DNA of 32,000 bases from Nostoc punctiforme PCC 73102 (lineage in GTDB: Bacteria > Cyanobacteriota > Cyanobacteriia > Cyanobacteriales > Nostocaceae): contig NC_010628.1 in assembly GCF_000020025.1 (NCBI RefSeq), positions 1,350,001 to 1,382,000 of the forward strand, read 5' to 3'. The notes beneath the pieces were generated by a model, which was given only the letters and a program-made list of their open reading frames with translations, was not told the DNA's origin and ran no database searches. A program made the position numbers and the translations under genes. This document shows, one piece after another, positions 1-7,227 of the stretch (the stretch's first letter is position 1; the number at the start of each line of letters is the position of its first letter).

Positions 1-1
1 G

Positions 2-421
2 CAAGTGTGGGTTTACGAGATTATGAGCAAGCCCTGCATTGTGGTAAATCCTGATTTGGGTGTGGAATATGTAGCACGGTTATTTGCTAACACTGGTATT
101 CATCGGGCACCTGTGATTCAAGGCAAGCTGTTGGGTATCATCTCGATTACCGACATTTTGACCAAAAGCGACTTTGTGGAAGCGCCAAAAGCGCTACTGC
201 TGGAGGAGAGAATTCAAAAAGCAATTGAACAGTCTCGCGCTATTTGCACTGAACAAGGTGCTTATTCTAAAGCCTGTGCAGCCGCTTGGGATGAGGTAGA
301 AGAACTCCAGGCAGAAGCTGCTCATCAGAAAGCTGAGGGGATGGTATCAGCTAAAGTCTCTTTTGAAGAATATTGCAAGGAAAACCCAAATGCACCGGAA
401 TGCCGAAATTATCATCCGTAA
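2..421 (+). CDS. CBS domain-CP12 fusion protein (5' end cut by the window edge)
   Basis: The frame is open from the window edge to TAA at 419-421. The N-part has a CBS-like stretch (GIHRAPVIQGKLLGIISITDIL). The C-part has CP12 hallmarks: a CTEQGAYSKAC cysteine pair, the AWDEVEEL core and a CKENPNAPEC C-terminal cysteine pair. Confidence 0.8.
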   Translation, partial: QVWVYEIMSKPCIVVNPDLGVEYVARLFANTGIHRAPVIQGKLLGIISITDILTKSDFVEAPKALLLEERIQKAIEQSRAICTEQGAYSKACAAAWDEVEELQAEAAHQKAEGMVSAKVSFEEYCKENPNAPECRNYHP

Positions 422-460
422 TTGAAGTGTGAGGATGAAGAGAATTGGGGCATTGAACAT

Positions 461-574
461 GAAGAAGAGACAAGGGAGACAAGGAAGAGGGGGGAGACAA
501 GAGAGAGACTTGTTCAATAATTCCCCCTTGTCCCCCTTGTCCCCCTGTCTTCCTTGTCTTCCTGCCTCCCCTGC
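461..574. repeat. Inverted blocks of tandem heptamers (GACAAGG-type facing CCTTGTC-type) that can form a long imperfect hairpin
   Basis: The left block gaagaagagacaagggagacaaggaagaggggggagacaag faces the right block cccccttgtcccccttgtccccctgtcttccttgtcttcc across a short AT spacer. It lies between convergent stops at 421 and 584. Confidence 0.7.
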
Positions 575-583
575 TTTTTGAAT

Positions 584-1759
584 TTAGCGTTTGGCAACTC
601 GTATCAAGAGGAATAGACCTATTCCCAAGAAAAGAAAGTTGGGCAACCAAGCCCCCATAAAGGGAGAGAGGGCACCTGCTTGCGCGATCGCACCACTAAT
701 AAAGAAAATTAAGTAGTACGAAAAAATAACTACAACGCTAATCCCAAAGCTGGTACCTCTTCCAGTTCTCTGGGGTATGCTTCCCATCGCTGCACCTACC
801 AAGCCAAAAACCACGCATACAAAAGGTAAGGAGATTTTTTGTTGAATCCGCACTTCGAGTTTACGAATTTTTTGGCGATCGCCACCAAGATATTCCACTT
901 GTAGTTGATCTAGTGCTTCAGAAATATTCATCTCACCATAGTCTCGGCTTTTTTCTGCCAAACTTAATGGCGTGCGCGGTAGTTGCAATTGTTGGTGTTC
1001 AAATCTGACGATGTTGCGGTATGAGCGATCGGCTGCAACAAAATAGATCGTACCGTTGTAAAAATCCCAAATATTTTGAGAAGGATTCCACTGGGCAGAT
1101 TCTGATACTACAATTTGATTCAGATTTTTGGTGGAACGGTCTATAATCGTCAAACCTGTCATCCGCTTACCATCAAACTGATCGGCGTAAAACAAGCGTG
1201 TCAATATCCTATTCTTAGAGCCATCCGGTTGTATAACATCCTGGTATTCAGGATAGAAAATATTTTGCTGTTTAAAAGCTGGCTTATCTGATTTCAGGGC
1301 TTTATCCAGAGTTACTCCCGCTTGGTAATTTGCTGCTGGTGCAATTTGTTCGTTGAATACAAATGTCATTCCTGTGACTACAAGACTCAACATCACAGCA
1401 GTTAGCACTATGCGATAGACGCTCACTCCACAACCACGCAGGGCAATTAGTTCGCTCTCGCTAGAAAGACGACTGTAGGTCATCAAAGTAGCTAGTAGCG
1501 TAGACATGGGAAAGGCTAAAACTATAAAGTTGGGAAACTTTAGCAAAAAAACCTGAATGGCAATGTCTATCGGTAGCCCAGATTCTACGATTTTTCTAAC
1601 TAGATCGAATACAGCATCAATGGTGACACCAAGTGATGAAAAAGCTCCGACACCAAAGAAAAACGGCGCGATCAATTCGCTGGTAAGGTAACGATCCATG
1701 ATCGTAAAAGGTAGCAGCGAACCGAGATTGTAGGAAGGCGTAAACTTCTTTGATATCAT
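584..1759 (-). CDS. LptF/LptG (YjgP/YjgQ) family LPS export permease
   Basis: 391-aa ORF. It has the N-terminal MDRYLTSELIAPFFFGVGAF signature, multiple hydrophobic segments flanking a large soluble loop, and sits in a cluster with lptB. An alternative start is Met21 (ATG at 1699). Confidence 0.85.
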   Translation of the reverse strand: MISKKFTPSYNLGSLLPFTIMDRYLTSELIAPFFFGVGAFSSLGVTIDAVFDLVRKIVESGLPIDIAIQVFLLKFPNFIVLAFPMSTLLATLMTYSRLSSESELIALRGCGVSVYRIVLTAVMLSLVVTGMTFVFNEQIAPAANYQAGVTLDKALKSDKPAFKQQNIFYPEYQDVIQPDGSKNRILTRLFYADQFDGKRMTGLTIIDRSTKNLNQIVVSESAQWNPSQNIWDFYNGTIYFVAADRSYRNIVRFEHQQLQLPRTPLSLAEKSRDYGEMNISEALDQLQVEYLGGDRQKIRKLEVRIQQKISLPFVCVVFGLVGAAMGSIPQRTGRGTSFGISVVVIFSYYLIFFISGAIAQAGALSPFMGAWLPNFLFLGIGLFLLIRVAKR

Positions 1760-1795
1760 AAAAAATTTGAACAGTTAAATATTGACAACCCTGGT

Positions 1796-1848
1796 GAAGG
1801 CAGAAGGCAGGGGGCAGGAGGCAGGAGGCAGGAGGCAGGGGGTAGAAG
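1796..1848. repeat. Short tandem heptamer array (GGCAGGA/GGCAGGG units, STRR-like)
   Basis: The sequence gaaggcagaaggcagggggcaggaggcaggaggcaggaggcaggggg lies directly upstream of the lptF/G start on the minus strand. Confidence 0.8.
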
Positions 1849-2045
1849 TAAAATAGTCTTCATAATTTGGTTTTGAAGTCTAAGTTCTTTACCTCTGTTA
1901 ATTGCAAACTGCTTTATCTACTGAATTTAGTATCAAAATTTAATTCTCAATGACTGATAAAGCAGAATCAAATAAATTAATAAATTTATAATTAAAATTA
2001 AATATAAAAATAGCCTTTTAAATTATTAACTAAATAATTATGAAT

Positions 2046-2774
2046 TCAGGCTTGAAAATTATCCCCTAAATAATATTGCCGCACGAGGGGATTGCTGTAG
2101 AGTTCGTCAGCACCGCCAAAAGCGAGGATTTGTCCCTCGCGCATAATGTAGGCGCGATCGGTGATAGCAAGGGTTTCGCGGACATTATGATCTGTAATTA
2201 AGATTCCCATACCGCGATCGCGCAGTTGAGCGACAATTTGCTGAATTTCTGAGACTGCGATCGGATCGACTCCCGCAAATGGTTCATCCAAAAGTAAAAA
2301 TTTTGGTCCTTCTTGTCCAGCCGCTAAAGACCTTGCTAATTCCGTCCGCCGTCGCTCACCACCAGAAAGTTGAATTCCTTTACTATTAGCTAATTTTTCC
2401 AGCCGAAACTCCCGCAGTAAAGTTGTGAGTCGTCTTGACCATTCCCGTCGTGGCACATTCGTTTGCTCCAGCACCAATAGAATATTATCTTGTACCGAGA
2501 GTTGGCGGAAAACACTTGGTTCTTGCGCTAGATAGCCAACACCCAATCGTGCCCTTTTATGCATTGGCATTCCTGTAACATCTAGATTACCCAGCCAAAC
2601 TTTTCCTTGATTGGGTTTTTCTAAACCTGTGGCAATGTAAAAAGTCGTCGTTTTACCAGCCCCATTGGGGCCTAGTAAACCAACGATTTCGCCCTGACCA
2701 ACAGAAAGATTGACACGATTGACAATTACTCGCTTGCCGTAAGATTTGTGAATATTCTCTAAAACAATTTTCAC
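2046..2774 (-). CDS. lptB: LPS export ABC transporter ATP-binding protein LptB
   Basis: 242 aa with Walker A GPNGAGKTT, ABC signature LSGGERRR and Walker B LLLDEPFAGVD. The start is GTG. The size and neighbours are typical of LptB. Confidence 0.9.
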   Translation of the reverse strand: MKIVLENIHKSYGKRVIVNRVNLSVGQGEIVGLLGPNGAGKTTTFYIATGLEKPNQGKVWLGNLDVTGMPMHKRARLGVGYLAQEPSVFRQLSVQDNILLVLEQTNVPRREWSRRLTTLLREFRLEKLANSKGIQLSGGERRRTELARSLAAGQEGPKFLLLDEPFAGVDPIAVSEIQQIVAQLRDRGMGILITDHNVRETLAITDRAYIMREGQILAFGGADELYSNPLVRQYYLGDNFQA

Positions 2775-2804
2775 GCTAGAAGCACCCTTTCTTGGTGGTA
2801 AATG

Positions 2805-3287
2805 CTAATTAGAAGGCTTCAAAGGTGGTGTTTGTGGCACAGATGGGGCGGGTGTCGCAGTTTGTCCACTATTATTTGATTCCTCGATCATGTAGATAGA
2901 CTCTACCTGACGGTTGGATTGGGGTAAAGCAACAAATCGCCCTTCATCAATTAAATACGTTACCTTCTCTGCCCGGATACTGTTACCGCCCTGTTGCAAA
3001 ATATAGACGTTGCCACTGAAATCAATTCGGCGTTCCTTACTAAAGTACTGTGCTTGGGCAGATGTTGCCTGAAGCTGACGAGAAGGATACAACATTTGCA
3101 CGTTGCCGCGAGCGGTGATTACTTGATTTTTGGCATCATATTCTTGCACATCAGCGCGGATAGTGAGGGGACGATTGTCTTTAGATGTTTGTGCAGTAGC
3201 GGTTTGCAGTTGGGTAGGAAAGGCAAAAGTGCCCAATAGTGCAACTGGCAACATTAAAGCTAATCCAAAGCGACGGAATTGTGACAT
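2805..3287 (-). CDS. LptA/OstA-family periplasmic LPS transport protein
   Basis: The OstA_N-like pattern is present (IRADVQEYDAKNQVITARGNVQM ... FSGNVYILQQGGNSIRAEKVTY). Signal peptide MSQFRRFGLALMLPVALLG. It lies 30 bp upstream of lptB. The ORF track extends to 3311, but Met9 (3287) precedes the signal peptide. Confidence 0.7.
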   Translation of the reverse strand: MSQFRRFGLALMLPVALLGTFAFPTQLQTATAQTSKDNRPLTIRADVQEYDAKNQVITARGNVQMLYPSRQLQATSAQAQYFSKERRIDFSGNVYILQQGGNSIRAEKVTYLIDEGRFVALPQSNRQVESIYMIEESNNSGQTATPAPSVPQTPPLKPSN

Positions 3288-3479
3288 GGGCAATTGATAG
3301 CAGGGCATCATAGCAATTGGGGATTCAGGATTTCAGCTTGCATTCTAATTATCTCAAGTACTTTATCCAGATTATGAAATATACAATCTGGAGTGATTTC
3401 CGATAACTACTGGCTGAAATAGTGACGCTACCCCTAACCTCAAGGTTTCAGCTAATTAACATCTGAGTGAAAATGACGC

Positions 3480-3503
3480 AGGCACAATTTATGAATTGTG
3501 CCT
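3480..3503 (-). terminator. Hairpin downstream of the ftrC-DUF309 pair
   Basis: aggcacaatt-tatg-aattgtgcct forms a perfect 10-bp stem. It is 42 nt past the DUF309 stop. On the minus strand a short T run follows a few nt later. Confidence 0.5.
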
Positions 3504-3544
3504 ACCAAGGATTTCGGACAACGCATAATTAATTTACCAGATGT

Positions 3545-3937
3545 CTAATCAGTAGACAGCAAAATTTTAGGCAAAGATAAGACCTTATTTTCACCAATAT
3601 CACCAGATATAATCTTATCTGGCCCTATTTGTTGTAATGTCGTCAACAATGCTGCGCTCTGACTCAATAGCTCATCTACATCAACGCCCCCGTAACTAGA
3701 TGGGTAACGCCGTAGGCGATTGCCGCCTTCTCCCAGTAAAATAACTGCACCTCGCCAGTTTCGATTTTCCAAATGATACAGTGCCACAGAAATTTGGAGA
3801 ATGCCTTGATAAAAGGTTTTCTCTGGTTCACTGGCTTCAATCCATAAAGCCTCTAAAGTGTCATGACAGGCGTAGAACTGGCCAGAATTGAACTGTTCTA
3901 CGCCTTGCCAAAACTCTTGGGGGATGGTTTCGCTCAT
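3545..3937 (-). CDS. DUF309 domain protein
   Basis: 130 aa with FWQGVEQFNSGQFYACHDTLEALW and YQGILQISVALYHLENRNWRGA, as in DUF309. Its ATG overlaps the ftrC stop (ATGA). Confidence 0.8.
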   Translation of the reverse strand: MSETIPQEFWQGVEQFNSGQFYACHDTLEALWIEASEPEKTFYQGILQISVALYHLENRNWRGAVILLGEGGNRLRRYPSSYGGVDVDELLSQSAALLTTLQQIGPDKIISGDIGENKVLSLPKILLSTD

Positions 3938-4308
3938 CCCATACTGTCTCGGACTTCTTTAATTGTTTCCAGAGAGATGTCTTGTTTTTCTCCAGCAAAC
4001 TCGTTGTCAGGGGTGAGGAACAACATACAATGGCACTCTTTGCGTTCTCTCATTGGCACACAAGGACAGTTCCAATATGTGGCATGGACTTCAGCCTCTT
4101 TATCTTCGTAATGGCGACAGGGACATAAAGGCGCACCTAGTTCGTCTTTATGTTTGGCTAGTCCTTCAATCACAACTGCCGTAACAGAAGGTTCAGAACA
4201 GAAGTATGTTCCAGTACGCTTGGCGTATTGTTCGGAAAAATGCCGCATTGCCTCTAGGCTTTTATCGCTGGATTTTGTGTTATGTTCTGATGTGATCATG
4301 TCGCTCAT
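3934..4308 (-). CDS. ftrC: Ferredoxin-thioredoxin reductase catalytic (beta) subunit
   Basis: 124 aa with the CPC...CPC...CHC cysteine pattern (LCPCRHYEDKEAEVHATYWNCPCVPMRERKECHCMLFLTPDN). Confidence 0.9.
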   Translation of the reverse strand: MSDMITSEHNTKSSDKSLEAMRHFSEQYAKRTGTYFCSEPSVTAVVIEGLAKHKDELGAPLCPCRHYEDKEAEVHATYWNCPCVPMRERKECHCMLFLTPDNEFAGEKQDISLETIKEVRDSMG

Positions 4309-4772
4309 AATTTAAATATTTCTTTGCATTGTACCTCAGTCGCACTAAGGGATTACTGGGTGTATTTCCCCAACCTTAACCTTTCAAATTGTTTTACCTT
4401 TGTTCAAGGGCTGATATGTCCGGTGTGCTGGGATCGGGCAAAATCTAGGAAATCATAGAAGTTTAACTTCTAAGCTAATCAAAATTCAAGTTGCATCTTG
4501 AGGCAGAATTTAAAAGTCAAGAGGTTGATTTATTCTCATCAGTAAACGATACTTTGACGCGTCTATGGGGAGATGCCAAGCGCGATCCTTATGTCAGGCT
4601 TTGTTTATTTATACATTAGTGCATTAGTACTGAATTCTCTTCATTATAACTTTATGAGATGAGACTTTATGAAATAACTAAGTAATAACACTAGTTTTTT
4701 TTTGAATTAGTGTATATTCTGAAAGGTCTGATAAAAAAGTACAAACTTATCAAGAGTTACAACTACTACCAC

Positions 4773-5432
4773 ATGAGTATTTCAACTATTGCGAAAAAGT
4801 TATCGACAGCTGTGATCGCAGCAACAGCCATTGTTTTGGGAATAGGAACAGTAGCAGAGGCAACTGTTTTAACATTTGATGATATAGCGCCTATTTCAGG
4901 TTATGATCGGATTCCTAACGGTTACGGTGGATTTAATTGGGACAATTTTGGCTACCTAAATGGCTCGGATACTGCTCTCTCACTTACAGGCTATGACAAT
5001 GGCAGTGTGTCAGGAGACTATGTGAGTTTTAATGAATATGGAGACCCTGCCCTAGTAAGTGATGGTATTTTTGACTTCAACAGTGCTTACCTCACAGCTG
5101 CTTGGAATGATGGTCTTTCGGTGACTGTAGAAGGTTTTAAGAGCGGCGCAACCCTGTATTCAAAGACTGTGGTTGTAGATACGAAACAGCCAACTTTAGT
5201 TAATTTTGATTATTTTGGTGTTGATGAATTAAGGTTTACGTCATTTGGTGGAGTTGAACCAGATTATCTTAGAAGCAAGGGTGGTCCTGGGACACAGTTT
5301 ACGCTAGATAACTTTACCTTTAATGAAAAAGTTACATCTGTTCCCGAACCTACATTGCTACCAGCGATACTGTCAATAGCTACTGTAAGCGCTGGTTCAG
5401 TATTAAAACGTAAACAGTTAAAGCAAAGTTAA
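4773..5432 (+). CDS. PEP-CTERM sorting domain exoprotein
   Basis: N-terminal signal (MSISTIAKKLSTAVIAATAIVLGIGTVAEA). The C-terminus has VPEPTLLPAILSIATVSAGSVLKRKQ, i.e. a PEP motif, a TM segment and a basic tail. The track start at 4710 is GTG; the ATG at 4773 precedes the signal peptide. Confidence 0.8.
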   Translation: MSISTIAKKLSTAVIAATAIVLGIGTVAEATVLTFDDIAPISGYDRIPNGYGGFNWDNFGYLNGSDTALSLTGYDNGSVSGDYVSFNEYGDPALVSDGIFDFNSAYLTAAWNDGLSVTVEGFKSGATLYSKTVVVDTKQPTLVNFDYFGVDELRFTSFGGVEPDYLRSKGGPGTQFTLDNFTFNEKVTSVPEPTLLPAILSIATVSAGSVLKRKQLKQS

Positions 5433-5470
5433 CTCAAGCCTTGCACTTTGCCCGAACAACTAGAAGTCGT

Positions 5471-5545
5471 GGCTACACAAACAAAGTTTACCTCTGTGGA
5501 CTAAAAGTTTTCCAATCTGTAAAGCTAGGCTTTGTTTGTATAGCC
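5471..5545. repeat. Inverted pair of a small dispersed-repeat motif (ggctacacaaacaaag / ctttgtttgtatagcc)
   Basis: The 16-nt arms at 5471-5486 and 5530-5545 are complementary in 15 of 16 positions. They lie between the convergent stops at 5432 and 5582. Confidence 0.5.
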
Positions 5546-5581
5546 CTTCTATAGCATGTGTTTTTTTGCCGAAGGTATTAA

Positions 5582-6766
5582 TTAATACGATTTTAATGTT
5601 TTTTGTAGCTGGGGTTGTAGTGCGCGTAGGCGTAGCCCGTCGGAGACATCGCTTTGCAAAACTATACCAGGATGTTCCCAATTGATTACTTCTTGTTCTG
5701 CTGGTGCGGAAATATTTGGCCACAAAACCCAGCGACTGCCTTGAGGAAGAGTAGTAAGGCTCAGGGGGTTTTGAGTCAGCCAAATCAAAGGGTAGCTTTT
5801 AGGAACTACTGAACTGGCATCTTCTAAGGCTCTGGTTGCTGCTAAGGTTTCTAGAACATAGGCATCGCCTTTGATTAAATTTGTTGATGCTGTCCACAGT
5901 TGCACCTGTAATTGCTGTTGATGTGCATAAAAGTACAGCGATGCTGCGGCAATTACTGCTTGCTCAAAGTTTTCTTCTTCCCAATTGCTAGCACTGTCAA
6001 GGGCAATAACTATTTCTTGTCCACCTGTTACCATTTCTAACTCCCGCACCCTTAATTCACCATAGCGGGCACTAGTCCGCCAGTGAATCAGACGGGTGGG
6101 ATCTCCGATACGGTAAGGACGCAGCGATCGCACCAGCCCTGTTGTAGCTGTCTGCAATGGTCTACCGCGAGGATCGCCCCTTTTGCTCTCTTCTTGCCCC
6201 ATTTCATCTATTAGGGGACAGGTAGCCAAGGGTAACACTGTGGGATAAACGATCGCTGTGGCAGCACAATCACGCTGACGGCGACACCAGAACAATCCCA
6301 AAGGCGCACCAGAACCTAGTTCGACTGTCTGCCAGCGATAAACACCCCGGCGCTGAGTCGGATAGTAATATACCCAACGATAACTACCCCGGCTAGGAAT
6401 TGTTTCGATTGCCTTTTGTACTGGTTTCCCTAAGACGAAGGGCAGTATATCTTCAACTTGCAATAAGCTTACAGGCTGCTGTGTCTGATTGCAGATTTCT
6501 AATTCCACCGTTAGATCGTCACCGGCTGATACTGGTTGCATGGGACGGCGGGTGATGGATAGACCTGTGAGCGATCGCGGCGGTAAGATAGCTGCTACAC
6601 CCAAAAGGGCAAAACTAATACCGCTAATGGCATACAGCCAACCAGCCATCGTATTGATACCTGCTCCAAAAAAACAAATAGCGGTTACTGCTAGCACCCA
6701 ACCGCCATAAGTAGGGGCACAAGCGCGGATTTCTAACCAATTGGTGATGGGTTTGATGATTTTCAT
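5582..6766 (-). CDS. DUF58 domain protein (membrane-anchored, vWA-like)
   Basis: 394 aa with two N-terminal hydrophobic segments and the DUF58 signature LRPYRIGDPTRLIHWRTSARYGELRVRELE. Confidence 0.85.
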   Translation of the reverse strand: MKIIKPITNWLEIRACAPTYGGWVLAVTAICFFGAGINTMAGWLYAISGISFALLGVAAILPPRSLTGLSITRRPMQPVSAGDDLTVELEICNQTQQPVSLLQVEDILPFVLGKPVQKAIETIPSRGSYRWVYYYPTQRRGVYRWQTVELGSGAPLGLFWCRRQRDCAATAIVYPTVLPLATCPLIDEMGQEESKRGDPRGRPLQTATTGLVRSLRPYRIGDPTRLIHWRTSARYGELRVRELEMVTGGQEIVIALDSASNWEEENFEQAVIAAASLYFYAHQQQLQVQLWTASTNLIKGDAYVLETLAATRALEDASSVVPKSYPLIWLTQNPLSLTTLPQGSRWVLWPNISAPAEQEVINWEHPGIVLQSDVSDGLRLRALQPQLQKTLKSY

Positions 6767-6830
6767 GTTTCTTTTTTAACCCAACACCACCCTAAATTCA
6801 CAGTGTCTCAGGGATATGCCGAAAAAGCTT

Positions 6831-7037
6831 TTAGTCGGATTCCTCAAAAAGAGATGGAAAGTTACAACGACCACTTACAAGCCGTAGAATTTCGATACCA
6901 TCATCTAATACTCTGTACAAAACGATATAGCCTTACAAGGATATACCTCGGAGGTCTGGACGAGTTTTTGCGTAACTTTTATCACTGTTTGGAAAGGCAA
7001 CAAGCTGTTGGCACTTACGGTTGAATTCACTGAAAAA
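6831..7037 (-). pseudogene. ParE/RelE-family toxin remnant (N-terminally truncated, in-frame TAA)
   Basis: Minus-strand translation: FFSEFNRKCQQLVAFPNSDKSYAKTRPDLRGISL*GYIVLYRVLDDGIEILRLVSGRCNFPSLFEESD*. This follows the ParE pattern KCQ.L..FPN.G....P.LR....Y.I.YR....IEI.R...G.R....LF. The internal TAA is at 6933-6935. An upstream stop at 7038-7040 leaves no N-terminal third. Confidence 0.65.
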
Positions 7038-7165
7038 TCAATACGGTTCAGTTAGTGCCAAAAACCTTAAACTGCGTAGGTTGGGGAGCCACTGCGCCCT
7101 TGCGGTTTCCCGACTTGAAGCATCCTACCTTCTGTCTCATACTTTCTGACTTTTTCGGTAGCTAT

Positions 7166-7190
7166 TAGAGCGGGCACTTTGCCTACTCTA
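7166..7190 (-). terminator. Hairpin downstream of the phytase-like gene
   Basis: tagag-c-gggca-ctt-tgcc-ta-ctcta lies 38 nt past the stop at 7228. There is no clear U tract on the minus strand. Confidence 0.3.
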
Positions 7191-7227
7191 ACAGTTTTTA
7201 ATAATTAAATATCAACCGAACTGAATA

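Noticed and set aside
351-650. 99-aa minus-strand ORF spanning the CBS-CP12 / lptF-G junction
   Set aside because: It is translated almost entirely from the low-complexity heptamer arrays (GGQGGQGG, SPPSSLSPLSLL) and overlaps two well-supported genes. It is a repeat artefact.
6803-7024. 73-aa plus-strand ORF
   Set aside because: The opposite strand carries a clear ParE-like reading frame, so this ORF is best explained as the antisense shadow of that relic. It has no recognisable motifs.
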